Positions 34,516 through 49,226 are shown, numbered from the stretch's first letter. The stretch is 64,000 nucleotides of DNA from Neocallimastix sp. 'constans' (GCA_050613775.1 JBODTK010000119.1:1-64000), one strand, 5' to 3'. Translations and numbers: made by a program. Notes: generated by a model not told the origin, from the sequence alone.

Positions 34516-35034
34516 AATAACATAGTTAAATTTTAAATCAAATATATTTAATTGTAGTATAAATTGTGACTTTAAATAAAAACCCTAATTTTAAAGTTAT
34601 TATGTTATTTCTTAAAACTAATTTATTAAGTTATATATTACAAAAAAAAATAAATAAATAAATAAATAAATATTTTAATAATAATAGTAATAATAATAAT
34701 AATAAAATTAGATGTATTTTAATAACTTTTTAAATTTAGAAATAATTATGTTTCACTTTCATGACACTTTTTTATTTTTTAAATATTTTCATATATTTTT
34801 ATAAAAATCTAATTACTTATTATTATTTAATTTAGATATATTTATGATTATTAATAAATATTTATCAATATAAATATTATTAATTTTAAAAAATTAGATA
34901 GTAAAATGAATAATTTTTTTTTTTTTTTTTTTTTTTTGGGTATCGCATGTTTCAAAATTTAATTAATTGCTTCTGATTATCAGTGAATTTAATTTTATTT
35001 GCTTAAATTGACTATATTATTATACTCTCATCTA

Positions 35035-35095
<61 letters not shown>

Positions 35096-36452
35096 TCTCA
35101 TCTAATTATTATTTTATTTTTATTATTTTATTATTATTATTTTTTATTATTTATGAAAAAAAAAAATTTCATAATAAAATTGATAATACTTTATTAAACG
35201 CAATGTGATCTTCATAAAATTTCTACATAAAAATACATTAAAAAAAATAAAATAAAATAAAATAAAATAAAATAAAATAAAATAAAATAAAATAAAATAA
35301 AATAAAATAAAATAAAATAAAATAAACATATGTTTTGTAATATTGTACTATTCAATATTGTTTTGTAAAAAATGCTAGTAGTATATATATTTATATTGTT
35401 ATTACATTAATAAAGGATATTTATGTTAATTTAATTTAATATCAATTTTAAATCAGTTAATGTTTAAATTTATATTTTTATATTTAAGCTAAATAACGGA
35501 TATTTTAATTTTTTTTTATGTATATTTAAAAAGAAAATAAATAAATATTATTTTACAGGTAATTAAGAGAAAAAGAGCGAGAATAGTATACTTTATTAAT
35601 CATCATTAATAAATATATTAATTAGTGTATAGGTTATTTTAAGATAAAAATAAATTATAATAAAAAAAATACTGGTTTTATTAAAAATATTAATTATAAA
35701 ACATTAAGATGAACAACAGATTTTTCTAAATAAAAATTTAAAAACTAATTAATTTTTTTTTTTTTAATATTAAATTTAATATAAACAGAAATACTAAAAT
35801 TAATCATTGATTATTATTAATATATGTAATTTTTTTTAAATTTTTTACTTATTTATACTATAATTAAGTTTTTAAATTTAGCCTTAAAAATTATAATGAT
35901 AAAAAAATAATTAATACATTTTCTTTTTAATATACATTTTTTATATGTATTAACTTACAATATAAATATATTTTATAGTTTTTTTTAATTTATTTTTAAT
36001 TTATTAATTTTTTCATATATTATGAACTTTCTACCAAAGAAAAAAAATATAGAAAATTCTTTTTGTCATTAAATTAATAAAACTATTATTACAATATTAA
36101 ATTTGAATTTTTTATACATTTCTATTTTTCAATTTTTGATTTATTTAATTTTTAATTGAAATTAATATATTCTTATATGTTGAAAATAAAATCAATATAT
36201 GTTTATATTTTATTATACTATATAATAATTTTATATTATAACTATATTCATATTTATTATTCATATTTATAAACTATATTTATATTTATTTTATATATAG
36301 ATGAATTTATTTAATAAACTACTAAACATATAATGGTATTAATCTATGTATTATTTAATCCTTTGTATGTACTTTGTTTTTTTATTAATAAACTTATTTA
36401 ATTATAATATATAATATATTATATATATAGAGATTTTATAATAATTTGAATA

Positions 36453-36688
36453 AAGCTGTCATTCCAGTTTTTATCCTGGTGGTTAGTATTCGTGGGTTAA
36501 AACACTTAAGGCTTCTGGATCCTATCCACCACATTTTCACGAATGTAGCTGTAAAAGGATATCATTTAGTATTACCCTTGTTTAGAGATTAAGAAAAGAG
36601 GGTCGACGTCGAACTGGTATGTCCAATTAGCAACTATTATGGCTATGTAATAGTTATATATGCTTTTGATAAGTCTAAAAAAAAAAAA
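36453..36688 (+). mobile_element. Possible tRNA-derived SINE-like element (decayed)
   Basis: 5' tcctggtggttagtattcg resembles a tRNA D-arm/A box. 3' end has gtcgacgtcga and taagtct-polyA like the local LINE tails. Central segment recurs at about 53990-54065. Confidence 0.4.
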
Positions 36689-37307
36689 TTATATAAAAAA
36701 TTGAATATTGTGAATACAATATTCTTTATTTATATAATTAAAAAAGGTTAAATAAATAAAGTTTTATAAAATATCTCAGTAATTATATTTAACATTTAAA
36801 AAGTATTTATAATATTTTAATTTTATTTTATTTAATAAAAATTTTTTTTATAATTACTTTTGGTTATATTAATTTTTTTTAAAAAAGTTAATAAATTAAA
36901 TTATGTAATAAAATTTTTTAACAAAGATTGTTACACAATACATTTTTATATATTATTAATATATATTATTTTAAAAAAAAAAAAATGAAAAAATAATTTT
37001 AGTTTTTTCTAAGATTTTTCATTTAAATTTTTGATGTGAAGAAGTAATTATTTTTTTATATAAAAAGATTTAAAATATCTTTAAATTTTTTTCTTTAAAA
37101 CAATAAATAATAAAAATAACTAATAAAATATATATAAATATAATATAATAAAATATTATAATTTTATAATATTTGTATATTAATTTGTAAATTATAAAAA
37201 AAAGAAAAAAAAAAAAATTCAAAATTATATTTAATTTTGTAATTAAAACACTTAAATAATTTTATTATTGTATAAAATAATATTTAAATAAATTTAATTA
37301 GTTCAGA

Positions 37308-38803
37308 ATGAAATTATTAAGAAGTATTTTCATTATTTCAAGTCTTATTGCTTCAGTATTTTGTGATGGTTCTACCAATTATGAATTAACTTTTTATGGT
37401 CAAAAAGGTGAAACCCATGCTAAGAAAGATCCATCTTGTCCACAATATGATGATGATAATCTTCCAACATACTTCGCTGCTCTCGTATGATATAATTAAC
37501 TTTTCTTTTATATTAAAATATTATATAAATTTAATGTATTTTTTAACTAATTTGTATTTTTTATTATCTTTTTTATTTTTTTAATCTATTTATATCTATT
37601 TATTAAAGAGTACAAGTTTACATAATTACAAAGATTACTGTGATAAATATGCTATTTTCATGGCATCTAATGGTTCTAATGTTAAAACAGTTGGTAATTA
37701 TTTAAAAATTATTTAACTATTTATATATTTATTCTCAAAGAAAAAGTTATATATATATATATTAATATCATCTTATAAATTTATAAACTTATGTATTATG
37801 TTAATTTTAATATTATGAATAATAAAATAATATAGCCAAAGCAGTAATTGTTGATTCTTGCAGTAGGTGTGGTACTTATCATCTTGATGTTTCATTAAAT
37901 GCTTTCAATAAAATTGGTGAAAAATCTGAGGGTGAAATTCCAATTATTTGGGGTGTTTACTCTAAAAGTGGAAGTGAAGTTGCTGGTCCTTACTATAGTA
38001 GTGTTAGTGGTACTGCTAAGAAGTTAGGCTTATCTTCTGATGCTTTTGTTTCAGCTTTCAGAGCTAATGCTAAGAGTTTAGCTTCTAGTGGTAGTAGTTC
38101 TAAGGAATTTTCTGCTTCTGGAGCTCATATTGAACAACCTAAAAAAACTACCAAACCAACTACTACCAGAACTACTACTACTACAAAGAGAATTGTTACT
38201 ACTAAAGCTGCCATTCCAAAGAATACCCCAGTTGCTCCAAAACCAGTTACTACTACTACTAAAACTCCATTCCCATTAGCTAATCAACCAAAACAAGTTC
38301 CAGGTGTTGTTGGAGGTCAACCTCAAACTCCTGGTACTAAGCAAGTTACCAACCCAACTAAACAAGGTGTTAACCCAGCTAACCCACTAAATAACCCAGC
38401 TAACCCAGCTAACCCAGCTAACCCAGCTAAACAATTAACACCAGATTCCAAGCAACTTCCAGCTGTTAATGCTACTTCTTCAGTTGTTGCTGCTCAACCA
38501 GCTCAACCAACTCAATCAGTTCAACCAGTTGAAAAGGTTATTGAGGATAAAAAGGAAGAAGAAGATGATGGTGGTATTGGTACTATAGGTATTCTTGCTA
38601 TTGGTGGTGGCTGTCTTGGTGCTGCTGGTGCTGGTTTACTCTTCATGAAAAAGAGAAGTCCAAATACCTATGAAAGCATGAAACAAAAATTCCCAGAAGC
38701 TTTCAGTAATGTTAAGAGAGGTTTGACTCGTAGTGCTACTTCTGTTAAGAGAACTTTCACTAAGAGAAACGCAAATGGAAATGCTGCTGCTCTTAGTGTT
38801 TAA
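37308..38803 (+). CDS. Paralog 3 of the DPBB membrane-protein array; exons 37308-37484, 37609-37693, 37836-38803
   Basis: Signal peptide, ELTFYG...PSC...FAAL|...|AKAVIVDSCSRCGTYHLDVS...IIWG, Thr/Pro stalk with NPA repeats, TM GTIGILAIGGGCLGAAGAGLLFM, ends AALSV*. Frame checked. Confidence 0.87.
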
Positions 38804-39420
38804 TTTTAGACAAAAATAAATATATAATTTTGATTTTATAAACTTTTTTTTTTATTTGAAAAATATATATATAATTATAAATAAACATTAATTTAAATAT
38901 ATATGATTTTTCAAATTTACATATATATATATATATAATTTAGAAAAAAAAAAAAAAGAAGAAGAATAAAAAGACAAAAGAAAAAATAATTAAATTATAA
39001 TATATATGAATAAAAAAATTAGAAAAATAAACAAGTAAAAATGTTAATATTTAAAAAAATTAGAAAAAAAAAAAAAAAAGAAATATAAAATTTACAAAAG
39101 AAAAATAAAAATTATAATCTTCTTATTTTTTGAAAAATGGAAGATTATATAATGGAAATGATTTATGATAAAAAATGTTTTAATATTTTATCAAATATTA
39201 AATACTTAATCTAATAATTTGTATAATAATATATATTAATTAGTGAAGTTATAATTAACTAATTAATTAAAATATACAATATATATTTAAGGTTTATTTT
39301 TTTATTTTTTTTTTTTTTTTTTTAAAAAAAATATTGTTTTTGATTAGATATATATTAAAAAGAAATAAAATATTATTTTTATTATTATTTTTGTCTCAGT
39401 TTAACGAAAATAATAACAAT

Positions 39421-39454
<34 letters not shown>

Positions 39455-39772
39455 GAAAAAGAAAAAGAATAACTAAAAATATTAATCATTCATTATACTT
39501 TATTATCAATCATAAAATAGCTACATTTAGTTAATATTAAAATATAAAATATATAAAACATTCAAATATTTTATATTATTGATGTTATATTAAAAACTAT
39601 ATAATATATATTATAAATATTATATTAAAATGATTATATTTATATCATTAACTAAAAGTTTTTAAAAAAAAATAGTTTTTTTGATAAGAAGAAGGTTTTT
39701 ATCGAAAACTAAAACAAAAACTAAACATAAATTAGAAAAATTAAAACTATGAATAATAATTTTAATGGTAAT

Positions 39773-39824
<52 letters not shown>

Positions 39825-40098
39825 TAATTATAATAATAATAAGAGTAAATAAAATAAAATAAAAGTTAACAAGATATATTATATATTAGAAACTACTTTC
39901 AATTACTATTATTAAATTCATTATAATATATTATTAAGTTGTTGAAACAAGTTTGCTGCCGTTAAAAAAAAAAAAAAAACTATAAAGTTGTTCAATTATA
40001 TATATATAATTTTGAAACTTTAAAATTAATTTATTATAATAATATTATCTCTTTTTTTTTTTTATATCAAATTTAATTTGATACCAATGTTACGACCT

Positions 40099-40526
40099 AC
40101 TCCGTTCTTAGTGGTTACTGCGGCACTTCTCCAATCGATTATACCTATTGCTATTGGCCAGCAATGGTCTTTGTTCAATAGGTTCAAATCGAATCGTACT
40201 ACTACTACCAAGAGCGTCAATGCTGAAGAAACAGTAAGACAGGCCAGCAGGGCTAGCGCAACCAATGAAGATCATAATTTTGTATCTTAAAATTATGATT
40301 AACATTGCGAAGTCAAAGTTAATTATTATACTTCAGTATAATAATGCCCTTGTGAAGTCTTACAAATATTAATTAAATGAAACTAGAATATATTATACCA
40401 TTATTTTATTTTTATTTTGTGTTTTATTTTTTGTTTATTTTTTTATCTTTTTTTTTTTTTTTTATTATTTTATTACATGTATTTTATCAAATATTTAATT
40501 AATAAAGATGAAACAAGTTTGCTGCC

Positions 40527-40577
<51 letters not shown>
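40099..40577 (+). mobile_element. 5'-truncated non-LTR retrotransposon 3' end (GCTGCCGTTA-tail family) with 13-bp TSD
   Basis: TSD aatgttacgacct at 40086-40098 and 40578-40590; polyA tail; near-identical to 26130-26563. Confidence 0.92.
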
Positions 40578-40581
<4 letters not shown>

Positions 40582-40590
40582 TTACGACCT

Positions 40591-40930
40591 TTAAATCAAT
40601 TTACTTATTCCAAAGGTACACTAGATCATCTTGCATTGATCACGTCTTCTGTAATGAGGCTTTGGCAACTCATATTAATAAAGCCTCGGTTTGTACGGTA
40701 TTTTTAATCATTAACCTATTTTGCTTTCTTGCAACAAGAAGGGATGCATTGATTATTACTTTTTATTTCACGTTACTATTTCATTTATTATTATGTTCAA
40801 ATTGGACAAATAATATTTATTTATTTTATTTATTCTGTATTTTTTTTTTATTTTTTATTAAAATTAAAAGTAATCACGTATTTTATATATGAATAAATAA
40901 ATTAAGATTAAAGTTCGCAATAATTGCGGC

Positions 40931-40997
<67 letters not shown>

Positions 40998-41542
40998 TGT
41001 AACAATGTTCTCTCCGATGGCTTTATAAGGCCTGCTAAAATTTCTAAATGGTCTACACATATTTGCATAAAAAAAACTCAGATATTTTATCACACAATTA
41101 TTTTTCAATCTCAGCCAATGACCTCGATTCTCATTACAATTCGCTTATGGCTGATAAAATGGTAGAAAATTTTATCAATACAGCAAATAATATCGGGAAA
41201 GATATTAAGGCTTTCATTCCAATAAATTTAAAGGGCTCTGCTTTTTATTGTCCTTATTACATTAAAAAACTGTCTCATGAAAAACATATTGCATTTCGAA
41301 ATATTAAGCCTTACTTTAACTGTGAAAATGTTATAATTACCTTGAACAATTTAATAAATATGAAAAACTTTGCAAATTAATCAAGAAAATAGATAGAATA
41401 TCTACTTATTATTTTTGAGCTTTTTTATTTTTTATTTTTTAACTTTTATTTTTTTTTTTTAATTTCAAATGTACTTTTCACCTACATGTATTTTTTTTTA
41501 TAATAAAATTAATAAAGTTATGGAAGTATATTCTCTTCCCTG

Positions 41543-41585
<43 letters not shown>

Positions 41586-41680
41586 TAATTGTGTTTTTTA
41601 TATATATATATAATATAAAAAATATTCATGTAAAAGATTAAAGTTAGCAATAATTGCGGCTAAAAAAAAAAAAAAAAAAT
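40591..41680 (+). mobile_element. Stack of internally deleted LINE remnants with successive polyA tails
   Basis: 40591-40680 matches the endonuclease segment at 61848-61925. Tails are taattgcggctatt-polyA (40921), ttctcttccctgtct-polyA (41531) and taattgcggct-polyA (41651). Confidence 0.75.
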
Positions 41681-42340
41681 TCTTAGTCTATAAATATATA
41701 TTATATATATTATTATAATATATTAGTTAGCAAAGTTTTATTAATATACATATATATGTATACTTAATAATCTGTTCATATTTTTAATAATATATGAAAT
41801 AAATTCTAGTCAAAAAAAAAAAAAAATGCAAAAATTTTTTTAATAAATGCCAAATAAAGCAATGATGGTGTATTTTTCTTTCTTAGTTTTTTAAAAAATA
41901 ATTAAAGTTTATATGTATACTGTGTAAGAAATAAATTTTAGTTTTAAAAATAAAATAAAATAAAATAAAATAATAATAAAAAAAAAAAAAAATAAAAATA
42001 AAATACATTAATGAAAATGTATTTTTTTCCTTTGTTTAATTTTTTTTGAATTAAATTATTTAATTATTTTAATATATTTTTATCATAAAGTGTTAATAAA
42101 TAATTATTTATTTTTTTTAATTAATAAAAAAAATAAAGTAGTGAAAATGAATGTTTTATTTCTTATTAATAATATATATACAATATATTATTCTATAATA
42201 TGTTCTTAATTAATATGTTTAATACATATTCAATTGTATAATATATACTCTTTTTATTTTAATAATTAAATAGTAAATTAAAATGTATTCTATACTATTA
42301 TATTTAATTTATTTAATAATTATATAATTGAATTGTGTAC

Positions 42341-42377
<37 letters not shown>

Positions 42378-42574
42378 AAAATTATTTTGTAGCATAAATA
42401 ATGATCCAAAAATTTTTATAATATATGATGAAAGTTTTATTTATTTATATAACATAAATTGTGTTTACAAAAGTTTATTCAAATCATTTTCTCAACATTA
42501 ATTACAAAAAATATTTGAAAAAGTGTGCTTTTTTAAATAAGCTTTACAATTAATAATATTATTTAATTAAAATC

Positions 42575-42608
<34 letters not shown>

Positions 42609-43059
42609 ATCTTTTATTTTTAATTTTTAATTAATTAATTTATTTTTTATCTTTTATTTTTGCTTATTTATAAAAATAATAAATGTTGGAGTATTAACAG
42701 CAACATCAATATTTTGTATTCCATTTAAAGTTGTAATGATAATATGTATTAATTTGAATATATAAGAGGTAAAACAATTTGAGATTATATAGCATTATAT
42801 AGCACTAATATATGAATTTTTTTTTTTAGTATATAATAAACTCAATTTATGTATAAAAATTTGTATATAATATTTAATAAAAAATTTTGTTTTTAATATT
42901 TAAAAAAACATAATAATAATTAAAATTAAATAACTACTCTTTATTTTATTTTAAAAAAATTTTGCAAATATTTTATGGTCAAATAATTTTATATATACAA
43001 ATAATATATAATATATCCTTTAATATTATATATATTATATACATGAATGCTAAAAAGAG

Positions 43060-43222
<163 letters not shown>

Positions 43223-43873
43223 TAACTCTCTTTTAAAAAAAAAATAATTTTTACATTAAAAATTTTTAATAACTCATTTTTGATGATATTGACTATATAT
43301 ATATAGTACTAGTTTTATTCGATTTTATATATATTAACATTTTTAAAACATAATATAATGATAATTAATGATAATATACTGAATTTTATCTTTAATATTA
43401 AATAAAAAAAAAATTCTTTTTAATATATTTATATTATTTTTTGTATTTTTTTTTTATTCTTGGTTTAAATTAATTTTATATTAATTAAAATTATTAAATA
43501 ATTTATTTAATATAATTTTTATATAATAGATATATATAATATTATGTTTTACAAAATTGAATACTACTAATTAATAAAACTTTTTCTTTTTTTCCTTATT
43601 AATGATTAATGAATAAAAAAAAAATTAAAGTGGATATTTTTTTTTATATAAAAGTACTCAATTCTCTTTATCTTCTTTATTTTTGTTAAAAAAAAAATAA
43701 AAAAAAATAAAAAAAAATAAAAAAAATAAAAAATAAAATAAAAAAAAAATAAAAAAAATTATATATATATATATAATATATATTTTATGAAATATAATAT
43801 TTGAATATATCAATATATTTAAGAAAAATTATTTTACAAAAAAATAAAATAATATATAATAAATTAAAACAAA

Positions 43874-45295
43874 ATGAAATTATTAGGAAGTCTTTTCATT
43901 ATCACAAGTCTTATTGCTTCAGTATTTTGTGGTGGCAATAGCAATTATGAATTAACTTTTTATGGTCAAAAAGGTGAAACCCATGCTAAGAAAGATCCAT
44001 CTTGTCCACAATATGATGATGATAATCTTCCAACATACTTCGCTGCTCTCGTATGATATAATTAACTTTTCTTTTATATTAAAATATTATATAAATTTAA
44101 TGTATTTTTTAACTAATTTGTATTTTTTATTATCTCTTTTATTTTTTCAATCTATTTTTATATAAATAATTAATAAAGAGTAAAAAATTACATAATTACA
44201 AAGATTACTGTGATAAATATGCTATTTTCATGTCATCTAATGGTTCTAATGTTAAAACAGTTGGTAATTATTTAAAAACTATTTATTTATTTATTTATTT
44301 ATACTCTAAGAAAAAGTTATATATATATATATTAATATCATCTTATAAATTTATAAACTTATGTATTATGTTAATTTTAATATTATGAATAATAAAATAA
44401 TATAGCCAAAGCAGTAATTGTTGATTCTTGCGGTGAATGTGCTGCATATCATCTTGATGTTTCATTAAATAGTTTCAATAAAATTGCTAAACAAAAAGAT
44501 GGTACAGTTCCAATTATTTGGGGTGTTTACTCTAAGAGTGGAAGTGAAGTTGCTGGTCCTTACTATAGTAGTGTTAGTGGTACTGCTAAGAAGTTAGGCT
44601 TATCTTCTGATGCTTTTGTTTCAGCTTTCAGAGCTAATGCTAAGAGTTTAGCTTCTAGTGGTAGTAGTTCTAAGGAATTTTCTGCTTCTGGAGCTCATAT
44701 TGAACAACCTAAAAAAACTACAGTCAAAGCTACCACTAAGAGAATTGTTACTACTAAAGCTGCCATTCCAAAGAATACCCCAGTTGCCCCAAAGGCTGTT
44801 ACTACTACTAAAGCTCCATTCCCATTAGCTAATCAAGCAAAAACTCCAACCACAGTTGGTGGTCCACTTCAAAGTCCAGGTACTAAGCAACTTGGTGTCC
44901 CAGCTAAACAATTAACACCAGATTCCAAGCAACTTCCAGCTGTTAATGCAACTTCTTCCGTTGTTCCTGCTAAACCAACTCAACCAGTTCAACAAGTTAA
45001 ACCTAAACCAGTTGAAAAGGTTATTGAAGATAAAAAGGAAGAAGAAGATGATGGTGGTATTGGTACTATAGGTATTCTTGCTATTGGTGGTGGCTGTCTT
45101 GGTGCTGCCGGTGCCGGTTTACTCTTCATGAAAAAGAGAAGTCCAAATACCTATGAAAGTATGAAGCAAAAATTCCCAGAAGCTTTCAGTAATGTTAAGA
45201 GAGGTTTAAGTCGCAGTGCTACCTCTGTTAAAAGAACCTTCACTAAGAGAAATGCAAATGTTAAACCAGTAGAATCAGCAGCTATTAGTGTTTAA
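43874..45295 (+). CDS. Paralog 4 of the DPBB membrane-protein array; exons 43874-44050, 44179-44263, 44406-45295
   Basis: Close sister of paralog 3; AKAVIVDSCGECAAYHLDVS; same TM and tail; ends AAISV*. Frame checked. Confidence 0.87.
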
Positions 45296-45941
45296 TTTTA
45301 GAAAAATAAAAATTTTTTTTTTATAATTTTTTATTTTGAAAAATATTTATATAAATTGAAATTTATAATTATTATTATTAAATTTATATAAGTTATTTCA
45401 AAAAAAAAAAAAAAAAAAAAAAATACACATATATAAATAATATATATTATATATATATATAAATTAGAAAAAATATATATATATTATATATATATAAATT
45501 AGAAAAAAAAAATTATATATATGTTATATATATATGTAAAATTAGAAAAAAAAAAAAAAAAAAAAAAGTAAAAAAATATTAGAATTAAATAATACTAAAT
45601 ATGATATATATAATAAATAACAAATATTTTTAATTAATATTTTGTATAATATAATATATATAATTTTTATATATAATTATTTACTAATTCATCAAAGTAT
45701 ATAAGATTTAATTTTTTTTTTTTTTTATATATATTATTTTTTAATATATATATATTTTTTTTATAAATAATTCAATAAATATATATTAAAAAATAATTTA
45801 AAATGTTTATTATTTATTTTTTATTTTTGATAAACGAAGACAAAAATAAAAATAATTAATAAAAAAAAAAGATATTAATAATGATGTAAAAAATAATATT
45901 TATCAAATGTTTAAATATTTAAATTTTATTATTAATAACAC

Positions 45942-45972
<31 letters not shown>

Positions 45973-46254
45973 GGATATTTTATAAAATTTAAAAAGTAAT
46001 TTTAACATAATAATAAATAAATAAATAAATAAATAAATAAAAGTTTTTATAAAAACCAAAAGAAATTTATAAATTTTTTTATTGCTTTTAATAATATTAT
46101 TATCATATACTAATAGAAGAATATATAATTAATCTTTTTTTTAAAAATTTAATTAAAACTATCATATAATTTAATATTTAATATTTAATATATTTTTTTC
46201 TCCATAATGCCCCAATGATATGGACTGTTTTTCCAGGTCCATTAAGGGTTGATG

Positions 46255-48043
46255 CTAAATCATTTCAAAAATTATAACAGATAGAATATCTACTTACGCA
46301 CTTACACTCCAAGTGCAAAAAAATTTAGAAAAATTATTAAAAAAGGTACATAAATGGGCTAATTCAAATGAAATGACTTTTGGTATTGAAAAATGTGCAA
46401 TTATGGTTATAAAACCAATGAACTTCCAATCTCCTCCAAACTATAGTAACCCAACCTTTTATTTAGGAATAAATGCTATTCCTAAAGTTTCTAGTTATAT
46501 TTATCTTGGTATTCCTTTGTCAGATGATCTCTTATTAGAACATATTATATCTCACATGCATTTTAAAGTTAGAAAATTCCCTTCTTTCATTTACACCTTT
46601 CTTTTCAAATAAACTTATTCCTATTGTATACAAGAAAAAAGTTCTTCAATCTTTTATTATTAGTAAAGTAATTTATTATTCTCCTTTACTTGGTTCAAAC
46701 AATTCTAGAACGGCTAGAATTCAAACATTAATTAATACTGGTCTATTTTGGATTATCGGTTCCTTCTCTAAAAATGGTAAAACAATTTCAGAAAACAATA
46801 ACTATATTAGACATAATTCTATTATGAGTACTTATGCTTTATCTCGAGATCTAAGCATCCTTCCTATTGCTGGTATCTGCGCAGCATTACAGATTAAGTC
46901 ATTTGCAAAATGGAGTAAATCAAACTGTATTTATAAAGTATCTTATTAAATCTATTCCCATAATGCCATATTATTCATGGACTAAAGAATCTAGAACACT
47001 ATATATAAAATAATCAAAAAATATAAATGTGTAAAATATGACGATATTTTAGAACGTTACTGGAAATCAGTTTCCAAATTTCAAGGTATTAATGGTCAAA
47101 ACTACGATTGTAATAAGTTCTCAAACAATAAAGATATAATTATTCTTAGCTTAAAATATCCCCATTTCAACTTAGGGTTTTCATGGATTATACGTTTACG
47201 CTGTGGTTAATAAATACAATACTACTATTGCTATTAGAATGGGTAGAGTTTCAGAATTGTCCCAAGACTTACCCCTGTTGTGGCGAAGGTAATCAAACTT
47301 TTGAACATTGGATTTTTAAATGCGATGCTCTTGCATCTTTTAGATGGAATTCTTTAAATTTCATCGATGATTTCTATGTTTTATTCATTAGGAAGATTAG
47401 AGCGTTTAATCCTCTTTCTTCCTATATCTCTATTTCTTATTTTGAATATTATATCAATCATTATATATACTTGTTCCTTCTTGGTAGGACTTTAGTTTTA
47501 AATGAGCTTCATTTCGATAGTGGGGAACAGAGACAATTAAATGAACTACTTTTCAAAGGTTCATCTGAGTCACCTATTCCAAAAATTGTGGGCTTGGCGG
47601 AATTCTTAACAAGAGCAATACCTATCATAAGTAGTTCGTTTGAGTTATTATTTGATAGGTATTGTAAAATACCAAACTTAACCAAGAGCGTCGACGTCGT
47701 ACTGTTAAGGCATAATGATAATACAGGATCATCATCTATTTCAACGAAGGGGGAATCTCGCCCTAGTAGTTCAATAAATGATGAATCCGGGGAGAGTTTA
47801 GTGGACACCACACTATCTATTTTAAAGATGTTACTTCTAGGTCTTATTACTTTATTATTTGTTAGGAAGGGAAAAATTCCCGCATGGTACAACTTGCCGA
47901 AATACATAATATTTTTGAGCTTTTTTATTTTTTATTTTTTAAATTTTTTTTTTTTTATTTTTATTTTCAAATGAACTTTTCACCTACATGTATTTTTTTT
48001 ATAATAAAATTAATAAAGTTATGGAAATGTATTCTCTTTCTTG

Positions 48044-48078
<35 letters not shown>
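46255..48078 (+). mobile_element. Degenerate LINE: RT fragments with core deleted, CCHC knuckle, 3'UTR, polyA
   Basis: ISKIITDRISTYAL joined directly to NLEKLLKKVHKWANSNEMTFGIEKC...YIYLGIPL; PCCGEGNQTFEHWIFKC; tail ttgtct-polyA. Confidence 0.85.
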
Positions 48079-48080
<2 letters not shown>

Positions 48081-48149
48081 AGGATAATGAATTTGGATTT
48101 ATTTCAGAAATCAAAGACTAATAAAATGTTAAGTGTATTCTCTTCCCTG

Positions 48150-48194
<45 letters not shown>

Positions 48195-48196
<2 letters not shown>

Positions 48197-48884
48197 ATAC
48201 AAGGAGAATGATTTTGGATTTATTTCAGAAATCAAAGGCTTAATATTTCAATATCCTAGGTACCAATTAGGATTCTTTTAGATTTCTCGAATTAGGTGCT
48301 GTCTTAAATTTGAGATTAGTATTTCCATTAAAAGAAAAATAGTCTTAGAAGATTGCCCTAAATGTTGCCCATGTTGTGGTGTTAGTGTACCTAGCTTTTC
48401 TCACTGGATCTTTGCCTGTAAAGAATTGGAAAATTACAGAAATAAATCTTTACCTTTTCTAACTGATCTCTTTTTAAAATTTGCAATGATAATTGAACAA
48501 AAATCCTTGAATGTTTCTTTAGATTCAGAAAAGGATTATGATAATAATATTTATTATTATATATTGAGTGCTCTTCTTGGTGGGCGTTCAATATATTCAA
48601 AAATTAAAGTTAATGATGTGGAACAAAGACAATTAGTTGACAATATTTTTAAACAAAATTCAACTTCGTCGACTGTTCCATATTTTGTGGGGATTGTGGA
48701 GTTTCTAACAAACGTAATACCATTAATTTGTCGATCTTTTAGATTGATGATGAAATGGTATTCCATTGAATCTACTGAATCTACCGTTGCCAAGAGCATC
48801 GATGTCGAAATGATAAGGCATGGATTTTCATCTCCCGGTGAAAGATCTGATACAGATTCGGTAGATAATACTAATCCAATTTGA
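48195..48884 (+). mobile_element. LINE C-terminal fragment, same family as 27490-28150
   Basis: High nucleotide similarity to 27490-28150, with a TGG to TAG stop at 48279-48281. Confidence 0.88.
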
Positions 48885-48917
48885 ATAAATAATATCTATT
48901 TTTTTATTAATTGTTTG

Positions 48918-49008
<91 letters not shown>

Positions 49009-49226
49009 TATTCAATAATTAAGGTTGTAATAAAAATGTAGTATTTTCTTTTTTTCGTATTTTCTTTTTTTTATTATTTTTTTTTTTCTCATGAGTTTAT
49101 TATTTTTTCATATGAATCATTCATTTATATATAGTACTATGCCGTTAGATTTATCTAATCATCATGTATTTTTTTTTATTATTATTATTTTTTATTTGAA
49201 TAGTTATGTAATTATAGTACTTTTTT

